Shown one piece after another: positions 28,754-38,492 of a DNA stretch of 64,000 nucleotides. Both the position numbers and the translations under genes were made by a program. The stretch spans positions 8,332 to 72,331 of the forward strand of contig SIAW01000002.1 in assembly GCA_009695465.1 (NCBI GenBank), read 5' to 3'. How positions within the stretch are numbered: position 1 is the first letter of the stretch; every line of letters starts with the position of its first letter. The notes below the pieces were generated by a model. It saw nothing but the letters and a program-made list of their open reading frames with translations, did not search any database and had not been told where the DNA came from. Source of the DNA: Pedosphaera sp. (GTDB taxonomy: Bacteria; Verrucomicrobiota; Verrucomicrobiia; Limisphaerales; UBA1100).

Positions 28754-31700
28754 TCAGCTTTGCAAACATTCCGTCACGCTCACTTGAGCTTGAGCAATCT
28801 CGGCGGGCAGTTGATTCAGGAGTTGGCAGATTCCGTCCAGATCACCCTGTGCAGCGGCAACCTCGAGCTTCGCCGAATGGCTGGCCAACTGCGCAAAGCC
28901 AAGATTGGCGCTGGTTCCTTTCATCTGATGCGCGACCTGTTTGATGCGCGCGACATCGCCGGTGTCCGTGGCTTGTTGCAAGGCGATCAGGTGCTCCTGC
29001 GCCTGCTGAAAAAACAGTGGCGCAATCTCGCGCAGGATGTCCGGCGAAAGGTTCGGAACGATTACCCCAGCTCCCCCGGAAATGTGCAGTCCATTTTCAA
29101 GAGCGCGCTCGATGGCTTGGCGCAGCTCGGGGAGCTGCACGGGCTTGCCGATGAAATCATTCATGCCCGCCTCCAGACAGTCGCGGCGATCATCGGGGCG
29201 CGTATTGGCCGTCATCGCGATGATGTAAGACTTGGTCGCCGTGTTGGACTCGCGCGCACGAATGGCACGGGTGGTTTCCAATCCGTCCATCCCGGGCATC
29301 TGGCAATCCATCAGGATCAGGTCGAAGTCCTGCAAAGGGAGTTGCATCGTTTGCCCGCCGCTGTCGCAAAGCGCTGCGCTGTGCCCCAGTTTCTCCAACT
29401 GCAACTGCGCGACGCGCTGGTTGATGGGGTTGTCGTCCACCACGAGGATGCGCAGGGCGCGCGAGGCTTTGGTAATCGGTGGCAACTCTTGCGCAGCCGG
29501 CAGCGCGTTCGTGTCCGCGAGCGCCTGCATGAAACGCCGATGGCTGATGGGCTTGGGCAACACCGCAGAAATGCGCAGCGCGCCCATCATGGCGGCGGCC
29601 GGTTTCCGTTTGACTGGTGCCATCAAAATCAGGCGCGCCTGTTGCAGGTGCGGCTGTTCCTTGATCCACTGCACCAAATCCAAGCCGTCCATGTCGGGTA
29701 GATCGAGATCAATCCACACGACATCTGGCGTGGCGTGGGCCAGGCAGTGTTTGGCATCAGCGCCGTTGGCGGCTTCATCGAGATGAAGCGCAATCTCGCG
29801 ACAATGCAATTGCATGACCTGCCGTGCGAACGCGTCACCCGCGACAATCATTGCGCGACTGCCGGCCAGTGCGTGGGCAGCGGGTGTGTGGGATGGGGCA
29901 ACCTTTTCAAGCGGGAGTTGAAAGCTGAACGTGGAACCATTGCCCGGCGCGCTTTCCACGGCCAACACTCCGCCCATCCTGCTGACCAGTTCGCGCGAGA
30001 TGGTGAGGCCCAGTCCCGTGCCGCCATATCGGCGAGTGGTGGAACCGTCGGCCTGCCGGAATGCGTCAAAGATCATCTGCTGCGCTTCGGCAGGAATGCC
30101 GATGCCGCTGTCGCAGACTTCAAAACGCACCTGCCCCGAAGTGGAATCGGCGGCAACCACAACGCGCACAAAACCGGCCTCGGTAAATTTGATCGCGTTG
30201 CTGACCAGATTGAGCAGCACCTGCCGCAAGCGACCGGCATCGCCTTTGTAAATGGCGGCGCACTGTGGATCGAAGTGACAGGCCAGCTCGATGTGCTTGG
30301 CGTGGGACTGCAGCGCATTGAGATCGGTGGCATCCTCGACTAACTCGCGCAGATTGAATTCGGCAGCCTCCAATTCCAGACGGCCCGCATCCATCTTGGA
30401 GTAGTCCAAAACATCGTTGAGGATGCCCAGCAACGCCTCGGCACTGGTATGGATCTGGCGCGCATAATCGCGCTGGTCCATATCCAACGACGTGTCGAGC
30501 AGAAGATCGATCATGCCGATGATGGCGTTCATCGGCGTGCGGATCTCGTGGCTCATCGTGGCCAGAAAGCGCGCCTTCAGCCGCGCATTTTCATTCGCCA
30601 AATCCCGGGCCTTCGCCAAGTCCTCCTCAGCTTGTTTGAGGGCGGTGATGTCGCGTGAAATGCCGATGAGGCCAGTCACGATTCCAGTGCGATTACGGAT
30701 GGGCACTTTGCTGACTGATTCCCACTGCGGCGCGCCTGCCGCGCTGGCCTGCTGCTCCACTTGATTGACGATGGGCTTGCCGGTGAGGATGAGGCGCTGC
30801 TCGGCCTCATGGATTTCTGTGGCGCGCGGCGCGGCAAAAAAATCGTAGCTGGTGCGGCCGATGGCCTCTTCGGGATTGCGGAGGCCGAGCACAGCGGCCA
30901 ACGCCGCACTGCAGCGGATGAACCGCGACTCGGTGTCCTTGAAAAAAATGCGGTCGGGCACGTTGTCGAGCAAGGCGCGCAGCAGATTGCGTTCAAACGC
31001 CAGTTGCTCTTCCACCTGTCGCTGCGCGGTGACATCCCAGAAAATACATTGGATGCCGATGAGTCTTTTCTCGGTGTCGCACAGCGGAGTCTTGATGACA
31101 TGCACGTAGCTGCGCTCGCCCGTGCTGCTGATATGTTCCTCCACCGTCTCGTGAGGCGCGCCGCTGTTCATCACGCGCTGGTCATCACGCCGGTATTTTT
31201 CGGCCAGCTCCTTCGGGAACAAATCGAAGTCGGTGCAGCCTTTGATCTCATGCTGCTGCCGGTGCATGGACTGGCAGAAGCGCTGGTTGGCAAACGTGAA
31301 CGTGCCTTCGACATCCTTGCGCAGGATGTTCATGGGGATGTTTTCGACGAGTGAGTGATGCAGGATCTCGGACTCGCTAATCTGTTCTTCCAGACGTTTG
31401 CGGTTGGTGATGTCCGCCACGGTGCCCTCATAATAGAGCAGGTCGTTGCGTTCGTTGCGTATCGCGCGCACGTTTTCAGAGATCCAAATGATCGCGCCAT
31501 CCTTGCGGCGGATGCGCGATTCGAAGTTGGTGATCACGTTGTGCGCGGACATCAGGCGGATAAACTCATCGCGTCGCCCAGTGTCAACGTAGAGCTGGCC
31601 GGAGATGTCGCGCAGGGCAGTGATCAGGTGGTCGGGCGAGTCGTACCCATAAATCTGGGCCAGCATCGGATTGGCGGCGAGGTACTGGCCATCGGGTGTC

Positions 31701-31762
31701 GTCCGGAAAATCCCTTCGACCGCATGATCAAAGAAGCTGCGATATTGTTCGTCTTGATTCAT
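28754..31762 (-). CDS. soluble hybrid sensor histidine kinase (multi-PAS, HisKA, HATPase, two receiver domains, HPt)
   Basis: Start trimmed to MNQDEQYRSFFDHAVEGIFRTTPDG (PAS). H-box ATMSHEIRTPMNAI and G-box GTGLGLTISREL. Receiver with ILVVDDNPIN..LILMDCQMPGMDG..KPV. HPt motif HQMKGTSANLG. No TM segment. Confidence 0.85.
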   Translation of the reverse strand: MNQDEQYRSFFDHAVEGIFRTTPDGQYLAANPMLAQIYGYDSPDHLITALRDISGQLYVDTGRRDEFIRLMSAHNVITNFESRIRRKDGAIIWISENVRAIRNERNDLLYYEGTVADITNRKRLEEQISESEILHHSLVENIPMNILRKDVEGTFTFANQRFCQSMHRQQHEIKGCTDFDLFPKELAEKYRRDDQRVMNSGAPHETVEEHISSTGERSYVHVIKTPLCDTEKRLIGIQCIFWDVTAQRQVEEQLAFERNLLRALLDNVPDRIFFKDTESRFIRCSAALAAVLGLRNPEEAIGRTSYDFFAAPRATEIHEAEQRLILTGKPIVNQVEQQASAAGAPQWESVSKVPIRNRTGIVTGLIGISRDITALKQAEEDLAKARDLANENARLKARFLATMSHEIRTPMNAIIGMIDLLLDTSLDMDQRDYARQIHTSAEALLGILNDVLDYSKMDAGRLELEAAEFNLRELVEDATDLNALQSHAKHIELACHFDPQCAAIYKGDAGRLRQVLLNLVSNAIKFTEAGFVRVVVAADSTSGQVRFEVCDSGIGIPAEAQQMIFDAFRQADGSTTRRYGGTGLGLTISRELVSRMGGVLAVESAPGNGSTFSFQLPLEKVAPSHTPAAHALAGSRAMIVAGDAFARQVMQLHCREIALHLDEAANGADAKHCLAHATPDVVWIDLDLPDMDGLDLVQWIKEQPHLQQARLILMAPVKRKPAAAMMGALRISAVLPKPISHRRFMQALADTNALPAAQELPPITKASRALRILVVDDNPINQRVAQLQLEKLGHSAALCDSGGQTMQLPLQDFDLILMDCQMPGMDGLETTRAIRARESNTATKSYIIAMTANTRPDDRRDCLEAGMNDFIGKPVQLPELRQAIERALENGLHISGGAGVIVPNLSPDILREIAPLFFQQAQEHLIALQQATDTGDVARIKQVAHQMKGTSANLGFAQLASHSAKLEVAAAQGDLDGICQLLNQLPAEIAQAQVSVTECLQS

Positions 31763-31902
31763 CCGTGCGTCCTGCCGGGGCTGCGTGCAATGGACGATTT
31801 GTTTTGTTGGAGAGGGCGCGTCTGCTGTTCTGGCATTCGCACGAGTCAATCGTTGCACCCGACTTTGGCGGTGGCAAGTGCTGACTCGGAGCGGATGAGT
31901 TA

Positions 31903-31932
31903 TTGACAGCCTGTGAATACTTAAGCTACCCT
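31903..31932 (+). promoter_or_regulatory. candidate promoter for the DUF3568 lipoprotein gene
   Basis: TTGACA-N18-TACCCT, about 30 nt upstream of an AGGAGG SD and the ATG at 31965. Confidence 0.25.
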
Positions 31933-31964
31933 CCGTGCGTTCGGCAGGGAAACTCAAGGAGGCT

Positions 31965-32414
31965 ATGATGCAAGGGAACACACTCACACTATTACTATCT
32001 ATTCTTGTCGCGGCTTCGATTTTGCTCACGCAAGCAGGCTGCATTGTTTGTGGTTTGGCTGCGGCAGGCTCTGCAGGGGCAGGGTTTGTCTCCTACAAAA
32101 AAGGAGACTTGGAAGTGACCGAACCAATCTCTTACGAGGAAGCTTTCACTGCGGTGGATGCCACGATTCAGGAGATGGGGATGCAGTTGGTGAAGCGCGA
32201 GAAGCAGCCGCTAGTCGGCGAAGTGAAGGCTGACAGCCACTTTGGCAAAGTGACCTACAATCTGAAAAACAAAGGCGACAAGCTGACCTACATCAGCATT
32301 CGCGTGGGAACTTTTGGCGACGCGGGTTTTCAGGGGCAGATTTATTCCAAGCTCAAGAGCAAGTACGGCGGTAATCCAAAGATTGACCCCAACACGGGTC
32401 TGCCCACCAAGTAG
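31965..32414 (+). CDS. DUF3568-like lipoprotein
   Basis: AGGAGG SD. Signal peptide with lipobox LLTQAGC. The remainder resembles the DUF3568 family as I recall it. Confidence 0.7.
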   Translation: MMQGNTLTLLLSILVAASILLTQAGCIVCGLAAAGSAGAGFVSYKKGDLEVTEPISYEEAFTAVDATIQEMGMQLVKREKQPLVGEVKADSHFGKVTYNLKNKGDKLTYISIRVGTFGDAGFQGQIYSKLKSKYGGNPKIDPNTGLPTK

Positions 32415-32417
32415 TCG

Positions 32418-33374
32418 TTACTTGCTGGCGGTGCGCGACGGCGCGGCGACGCAAAGGTAGTCCAGATATTCTGTGAGGCGCTCGCGCATTTGGCGGCGCG
32501 GCGTGATGGCGTCAAGGAGTCCGCGCTCGAGCAGAAATTCTGCGGTCTGAAAACCCTTCGGCAATTCCGACTGCGTCGTGTCCTTGATGACACGCGGTCC
32601 GGCAAAGCCAATCATCGCTTTGGGTTCTGAAATAATCAGGTCGCCCAAACTGGCGTAGCTGGCCATCACCCCCGCAGTCGTCGGATGCGTGAGCACGCTG
32701 ATGTACGCCAGCTTGCCGCGGCCGTGATACGCGATGGCGGCGCTGGTTTTGGCCATCTGCATCAGGCTGAACATGCCTTCGTACATGCGCGCGCCGCCGC
32801 TGCTGGAGATGATGATCACCGGAAGGCGCTGCTCGGTCGCAGCCTCGATCAGGCGCGTGATTTTCTCGCCGACCACCGAACCCATTGAGCCTCCCAGAAA
32901 TTCAAAGTCCATCACGGCCAGCGCCACTTGATGGCTGCCCATCTGGCAGAACCCCGTGATGACGGCATCCTTCAGGCCCGTGCGGCTTTTGTGTTTCTCC
33001 AGCTTGGCGGCGTAGGAATCAGTGCCGGTGAATTCCAGCGTGTCCACGCTGGTCATGTCAGCATCGATCTCCTCAAACGTTCCCGCATTGGCCAGCGACT
33101 GGATCCGCTTCTTCGCGCACAAGGGAAAATGGAATTGGCAATGCGGACACACCTTCAGGTTGTCCTCCAGTTCCTTGTCAAAAATCATCTCCGCGCACTC
33201 CGGGCATTTGGTCCACAAACCCTTCGGGATGTCGCGCCGGCGCGATTTGGTGGCGGCTAGTCTGGGTTTTTTGGCGAAGGAAGTTTCCAACTGCGCGGGG
33301 GGCGGCGTCACGGCCGGCTCTGGTGGCTTGGATCCGGCAGGCTGCTTCAGGTTGTCGGTCATAATCCAATCCAC
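32418..33374 (-). CDS. accD: acetyl-CoA carboxylase carboxyltransferase beta subunit
   Basis: Zn ribbon CPECAEMIF..CPHCQFHF followed by a carboxyltransferase domain. Confidence 0.9.
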   Translation of the reverse strand: MDWIMTDNLKQPAGSKPPEPAVTPPPAQLETSFAKKPRLAATKSRRRDIPKGLWTKCPECAEMIFDKELEDNLKVCPHCQFHFPLCAKKRIQSLANAGTFEEIDADMTSVDTLEFTGTDSYAAKLEKHKSRTGLKDAVITGFCQMGSHQVALAVMDFEFLGGSMGSVVGEKITRLIEAATEQRLPVIIISSSGGARMYEGMFSLMQMAKTSAAIAYHGRGKLAYISVLTHPTTAGVMASYASLGDLIISEPKAMIGFAGPRVIKDTTQSELPKGFQTAEFLLERGLLDAITPRRQMRERLTEYLDYLCVAAPSRTASK

Positions 33375-33411
33375 CGCGCTGGGATGGTCGGGATGCGCGA
33401 ATCCTTCCTCC

Positions 33412-34185
33412 TCACGGGCTGGCGCTCAAGCCAAAACTTCCATCACACGCGCGGGCCACACTCAGCGCCACGATGTGTGTGGCGCCGCCAGTGCGCAGTA
33501 CTTTCGCGCACGCGTTGAGCGTCGCGCCCGTGGTCATCACATCATCCACCAAGATCAATCGCTTGCCGGATGGTGAACTCCGTCCGCATAAGCGAAACGC
33601 GTTGGCGACATTCTTGACGCGCTCTCGACGCGGAAGTCCCGCCTGCGTTTCGGTGTAACGCACACGACGCAGTACGCGAGTCAGCAAGGGAACACGCAGC
33701 GCGGTGGCAAGTGCCGCGGCCAGCGATTCGGACTGGTTGAAGCCGCGCTCACGTTCTTTGAGGGGATGCAGCGGCACGGGCACAACGCCGTCCCACATTT
33801 CAGGAGGGAGGGCCGCAAACGTATTTTCAATCAGGAGCCGTTGCAGAAAGGGCGAAAACCAACGCGCCTGCGCGTACTTGAATTGGTGGATCACCTGCAA
33901 CAACGGGCCGGTGTGATTCGCCGCAGAGCGTGCATGAGCATAATGCAACTCAACGGAATGGCAGTTGCGGCAGTCGTCAATGTTTGCTGCCTCGCCGGCA
34001 AAAGGCGCACCGCAACGTTTGCAATAGGGCAGGGTGATGAGCCGGACTTGCGCCGCACACGCTGCGCAAACGTAGCCTGCCGGCGCATGGGCTTCCTGCT
34101 CATGGCAGACTTGGCAGACGGGCGGATAGATGAGATCCAGCGCGCCTTCAAGTCCTTCACGCAACAGCGGTGCGAGGGGATACAT
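33412..34185 (-). CDS. ComF-family phosphoribosyltransferase-like protein
   Basis: N-terminal Cys-rich region (CQVC..CAAC..CKRCG) and PRTase motif LILVDDVMTTGATL. Confidence 0.8.
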   Translation of the reverse strand: MYPLAPLLREGLEGALDLIYPPVCQVCHEQEAHAPAGYVCAACAAQVRLITLPYCKRCGAPFAGEAANIDDCRNCHSVELHYAHARSAANHTGPLLQVIHQFKYAQARWFSPFLQRLLIENTFAALPPEMWDGVVPVPLHPLKERERGFNQSESLAAALATALRVPLLTRVLRRVRYTETQAGLPRRERVKNVANAFRLCGRSSPSGKRLILVDDVMTTGATLNACAKVLRTGGATHIVALSVARACDGSFGLSASP

Positions 34186-35104
34186 GGCTCTGGTTGGCTT
34201 GGTAAAAATAATAACCTGCGATCAATGCGAGCACGCCGACCACAATCCAGCCTTCGAGAAAGTCGCTGCGCCCCCATAGCAGCACCGCCGCACTTGAAGG
34301 ATCGCTGGCTGGATTCGAGGCGAGAACAAACTTCAAAGTTTTGCCACCGGCAATCCACGCCGCGTGCATGCCCATCGCCGCATACAAGTTGCCCGCCCGT
34401 TGGTACAGACAGCAAAGGATGAACCCAGCCAAGTAGAGGCTGATGAATTTGGGGATGTTGCCCGGATTGCTGAAGGCATCGGGGATGTGAGTCATCATTT
34501 CCAATCCCGACAACCATTCCACGGGCTGCGGGTTCGATTGTCGCGGGTGTAGAAAATGTGCGGCGGCAAAGATGAGTGAGGCCACGATGGCCGCAGTCCG
34601 CCAGTGCATGCCGCGGCGCAGCGTGCCGAAGATGGCGCCGCGAAAGAGGACTTCCTCCAGCACCGGCACGAGCAGGGCGGCAATGCAGGTGTTGCGCAGG
34701 TGCTTGATCCAGTTGCCTTGGAAATTCCAATTTAAGTGCGGGGCAAGCGTGGCGGTGGCCGCAACGATGCCGAGCATGCACAGCCCCATGAGACAGGCGC
34801 CCGCCCACTGGAATCCTTCGCTGCCGCTGCGGCCCAATCCCACCGCGTGACGGTTGCTCATGGCATTGTATTTCAGCAACGGCCACAGCAACGCGAGCGC
34901 GAGCAGCATCTGGCAGCGATTGATGTAACGATGGAAATCATTGTGCGTCTCCAGAAAGTTGAGCTGCGGAAGATATGCCATCGGGGAATGCACCCAGTGC
35001 CACAGGCCGGGTGCGAGCAGTGCACCGCCGATCAACGCCACTCCCAAGTAAACGCCGATGAACCACAATGGACGAAGCGAGGCCACGGCTTTCAGTACTT
35101 GCAC
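34157..35104 (-). CDS. CPBP-family intramembrane glutamic endopeptidase (CAAX protease-like)
   Basis: Polytopic membrane protein with EEVLFRG and FAAAHFLH motifs. Its 3' end overlaps the comF start by 29 nt. Confidence 0.75.
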   Translation of the reverse strand: MQVLKAVASLRPLWFIGVYLGVALIGGALLAPGLWHWVHSPMAYLPQLNFLETHNDFHRYINRCQMLLALALLWPLLKYNAMSNRHAVGLGRSGSEGFQWAGACLMGLCMLGIVAATATLAPHLNWNFQGNWIKHLRNTCIAALLVPVLEEVLFRGAIFGTLRRGMHWRTAAIVASLIFAAAHFLHPRQSNPQPVEWLSGLEMMTHIPDAFSNPGNIPKFISLYLAGFILCCLYQRAGNLYAAMGMHAAWIAGGKTLKFVLASNPASDPSSAAVLLWGRSDFLEGWIVVGVLALIAGYYFYQANQSHVSPRTAVA

Positions 35105-35229
35105 GTGCAGGTCGCGCCAAGATTATTTTGCAAAAGAAAAATGGCTGGAGCCGCGAATGGAATTGTGCGACAACGCCCGCGTTCGCAACCGCAGGGTTTG
35201 GGTCGAGGCATGATCACAGCAACTGAGGG

Positions 35230-36066
35230 TTGACTATCGAACTTCAGCCGCAAGGAAAGTTTGGCGATTACCGCCTGCTGGAGCTCATCAGCTACGGCGG
35301 GATTGCCGCGATTTGGCACGTCACTGACCGCCAGGGCAAGGACTATGCCCTGCGCGTCCTGCACGATTCGTTCGGCAACAATTCTGCTGGCCCGGAAATG
35401 TTCCGCCGCGGCTGCGATGTGATGGCCAGTCTGCCGCCGCACCCGCACATCATCCGCTACCATTCGCACGGCACGCATGAGAAGCGTGACTACATGCTGC
35501 TGGAATATATCGAGGGCGCCAATCTGCGGCAGATGACCATCAAGCACGATCCGTTGATCGAGGAAAAGCTGAGCGACATCATTCTGGAATTGGCCGAGGC
35601 GGTGGCGCATTTGCATACCAACGATTGGATGCACTTGGACATCAAACCGGAGAACCTGGTCATCAGCCGCAGCGGCATTTTGAAACTCTGCGATTTTGAC
35701 ACCACGCTGCCCATCCCATCGTCGCCCACCAAGCTCCCTAAAAAATCCGGCACGCCCCTCTACATGCCGCCGGAGATCGTCAATGGCTGGGGCACGGATC
35801 AGCGCGCGGACATTTATTCCTTCGGCGTCACCGTCTATGAGTTGGTGACGCGGCTGAAACCGTTTGAAGGCGATTCCCCTGCGGAGATGCTGCGCAATCA
35901 GCTTGATCCTCGTTACCACATCCGGCGGCCACGCGAATTGAATCCGGGCGTTCCCATGGGTTTGGAAAATCTGATCATCAAGTGCCTCGCCCATCTCCCG
36001 GAAAAGCGCTACGCCTTCATGGCCCATGTGCTTCGCGACTTGCACAAAGCCCTCGGTGCCCGCTAA
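35230..36066 (+). CDS. stand-alone Hanks-type Ser/Thr kinase domain with degenerate catalytic residues (possible pseudokinase)
   Basis: HLDIKPENL and GTPLYMPPE are present. However, VAIK Lys is replaced by Arg (YALRVL), the aC Glu by Gly, and DFG by DFD. TTG is the only available start codon. Confidence 0.75.
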   Translation: MTIELQPQGKFGDYRLLELISYGGIAAIWHVTDRQGKDYALRVLHDSFGNNSAGPEMFRRGCDVMASLPPHPHIIRYHSHGTHEKRDYMLLEYIEGANLRQMTIKHDPLIEEKLSDIILELAEAVAHLHTNDWMHLDIKPENLVISRSGILKLCDFDTTLPIPSSPTKLPKKSGTPLYMPPEIVNGWGTDQRADIYSFGVTVYELVTRLKPFEGDSPAEMLRNQLDPRYHIRRPRELNPGVPMGLENLIIKCLAHLPEKRYAFMAHVLRDLHKALGAR

Positions 36067-36075
36067 ACCCTCTGC

Positions 36076-36927
36076 GTGAGGATTGACGCGCACCAACATT
36101 TCTGGCGCTACAACGCCGCGCAGTACTCGTGGATCAATCAGCGCATGAACGTGCTCAAGCGCGATTACTTGCCCGACGACCTCGCGCGAGTACAGACGCC
36201 GCTGGGTTTTGAAGGCTCCATCGCCGTGCAGGCGCGTCAAGATATTGACGAGGCCCGCTGGCTGCTCGAACTCGCCCAAGCCCACCCTCGCATCATGGGC
36301 GTTGTCGGTTGGGTGGACTTGCAATCCGCCGCACTGGATGCGCAACTGGAAGAGTTGGCCGCGCATCCCCAATTCGTCGGCGTGCGTCATGTGGTGCAGG
36401 ATGAACCCGATGATCGCTTCATGCTGCGCCCAGAATTTCTGCGCGGGCTTTCTAAACTGCGACAGCACGATTTAACCTACGACCTGCTCGTCTTTCCACG
36501 ACAACTCCCAGCGGCAATCGAAGTAGTGCGGCGCATGCCCGATCAACCCTTCGTGCTGGATCACATCGCCAAGCCCGCAATCAAAGAACAGCGCATGGAA
36601 CCGTGGGCCACGTTGATCCGCGAGTTGGCCGCATTGCCCAATGTGCACTGCAAAATCTCCGGGATGGTGACCGAGGCCAACTGGACTGACTGGACTGCGG
36701 CCGATTTTCAGCCATACATGGACGTGGTGTTTGACGCCTTCGGGCCGGAGCGACTGATGATTGGATCGGACTGGCCCGTCTGCCGCTTGGCTGGGGAGTA
36801 CGACCGCGTCATGGATCTTGCGACGGACTACATTCGCGCCCGCGCGCCGCAGTCTCTGAACGCTTTCTTGGGCGACAACGCCCGCGCCTTTTATCTGGGA
36901 ACCACTCATCCTGCGGCTGGCAATTGA
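36076..36927 (+). CDS. amidohydrolase_2 family metal-dependent hydrolase (lactonase-like, COG3618 type)
   Basis: (M)RIDAHQHFWRY.. N-terminal HxH motif. GTG start 9 nt after the kinase-like gene. Confidence 0.8.
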   Translation: MRIDAHQHFWRYNAAQYSWINQRMNVLKRDYLPDDLARVQTPLGFEGSIAVQARQDIDEARWLLELAQAHPRIMGVVGWVDLQSAALDAQLEELAAHPQFVGVRHVVQDEPDDRFMLRPEFLRGLSKLRQHDLTYDLLVFPRQLPAAIEVVRRMPDQPFVLDHIAKPAIKEQRMEPWATLIRELAALPNVHCKISGMVTEANWTDWTAADFQPYMDVVFDAFGPERLMIGSDWPVCRLAGEYDRVMDLATDYIRARAPQSLNAFLGDNARAFYLGTTHPAAGN

Positions 36928-37904
36928 ACACCACTTTCCTACAACGCTACTGGTTTCTGCTGGCCTTGTTCTGCGTCATCCCGCTGGGACTGGCATGGCC
37001 CGCGGGCGGTCTGTGGATCAAGCAATCAGGTTGGGTGACGCCGCTGCTGGTGGCAACCGTGCTGGGCATTTCCGGCTTCATGGCCGACACCCGTGCGATG
37101 TTGCGGCAGGCGACTAATTGGCCCGCCATCCTGATGGTGTTCACCAGTGTTTATGTCGTGGCACCACTGGCCGCGTGGCAATTGGCAAAAGTGTTCGGCA
37201 GCGGCCTTCCCGATGCGGCGAGTGCGCACTTTCTGGAGGCGATGCTGATCATGGCCGCGCAAGCCAGCACGATGGCCTCTGCCGTGGCACTGACACTTTT
37301 GGCGCGCGGCAACAGCGAGCTTGCCATCGTCGTGGCGCTGTTGACCAACATGAGCACGGTGCTCTTCACCCCAGTCATCCTGCGACTGGCATTGCATGCG
37401 GAGAATGTTTCCTTCGTGACCAGTCGAATGATGCTCAACATGTCCTGCACCGTGCTGCTGCCAGTATTATTGGGGCAACTCTTGCGGCGCTACTATTGGG
37501 AACGCGCCGAGGCGATTCGCGCCGTACTGCGTGTTGCCCCGCAGTGCATCATTTTGGTTTTTGTGTACACCGGTTTTGCCGCCGCTGCACAAAGCCTGAA
37601 AGGGGACAGCGGCATCTTGTTCCGTTACTTGGGATGCTGTGCGACGTTGCATGCACTCTTGCTCAGCGGAAATATTCTGGCAGCCCGCTGCCTGCATCTG
37701 GATGGGCCCACACAGACGGCGGTGTCCTTTGCGGGTGCGCAGAAGACGTTGCCCAACGGCATCTTTCTTTGGGAACGCTTCTTCGCCGCCAATCCGCAGG
37801 GCGCGGTGCCGCTGGTTTTCTATCACGCAATTCAATTGCTCGTGGACACGCTGCTTGTGGGTTGGTTTGAAAAACAGAACCGCGCGCCCGCCAAGCCGTC
37901 GTGA
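36924..37904 (+). CDS. bile acid:sodium symporter (BASS) family transporter
   Basis: Polytopic membrane protein with a YfeH/BASS-like sequence. TTG start overlapping the upstream stop by 4 nt. Confidence 0.75.
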   Translation: MNTTFLQRYWFLLALFCVIPLGLAWPAGGLWIKQSGWVTPLLVATVLGISGFMADTRAMLRQATNWPAILMVFTSVYVVAPLAAWQLAKVFGSGLPDAASAHFLEAMLIMAAQASTMASAVALTLLARGNSELAIVVALLTNMSTVLFTPVILRLALHAENVSFVTSRMMLNMSCTVLLPVLLGQLLRRYYWERAEAIRAVLRVAPQCIILVFVYTGFAAAAQSLKGDSGILFRYLGCCATLHALLLSGNILAARCLHLDGPTQTAVSFAGAQKTLPNGIFLWERFFAANPQGAVPLVFYHAIQLLVDTLLVGWFEKQNRAPAKPS

Positions 37905-37953
37905 TTTTCATTGCCCTGCCGCGCGGCCTTCAGCCACACTCGCGCGCAATTTA

Positions 37954-38045
37954 GGAGAGGTGGCCGAGTGGTTGAAGGCACAGGTTTGCTAAACCTGCGT
38001 AGGGGTTAAACCCTACCGGGGGTTCGAATCCCCCTCTCTCCGCCA
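37954..38045 (+). tRNA. tRNA-Ser (GCU), CCA encoded
   Basis: GGAGAGG/TCTCTCC acceptor stem, CAGGT-TTGCTAA-ACCTG anticodon arm, long variable arm CGTAGGGGTTAAACCCTACC, and GGGGG-TTCGAAT-CCCCC T arm. Confidence 0.9.
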
Positions 38046-38055
38046 TGTTTTCGTC

Positions 38056-38490
38056 ATGAAGAAACTCGTGATCGTCTTGCTCGTGGCCTTCGCGCTTGCG
38101 GCGTGCAGCACTTTCGAGCCGCAGTGGCAGGCCACCCTCAAACAGCCCGCGACTGGCGTGACGGGCGCGTGGATCGGGCGCTGGCAGAGCGAGCACAACG
38201 GCCACAATGATGTTCTTCGCTGTGTGGTGTCCTCAAAAACCAATGGCCAATACGAGACCCACTTTCACGCCAAGTACACGACCTGCTGTTTCCCCGTTAG
38301 TTTTGCCTACAAGCTGGACATGACGGTGCGCGAGGCCAACGGCACGCACCAATTCTCGGGCGAAGCGGACCTCGGATACTTGGCCGGCGGTGTTTATCGC
38401 TACGAAGGCAACGGCACGGCGCAGCAACTTCTCTTTCACTATCGCTGCCCGAGCGACCACGGCACCTTCCGTTTGCAGCGGCCACAGTAG
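38056..38490 (+). CDS. hypothetical lipoprotein
   Basis: MKKLVIVLLVAFALAAC is a signal peptide with a lipobox. No family recognised. The start lies 10 nt after tRNA-Ser, and the stop 2 nt before thrC. Confidence 0.6.
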   Translation: MKKLVIVLLVAFALAACSTFEPQWQATLKQPATGVTGAWIGRWQSEHNGHNDVLRCVVSSKTNGQYETHFHAKYTTCCFPVSFAYKLDMTVREANGTHQFSGEADLGYLAGGVYRYEGNGTAQQLLFHYRCPSDHGTFRLQRPQ

Positions 38491-38492
38491 GC

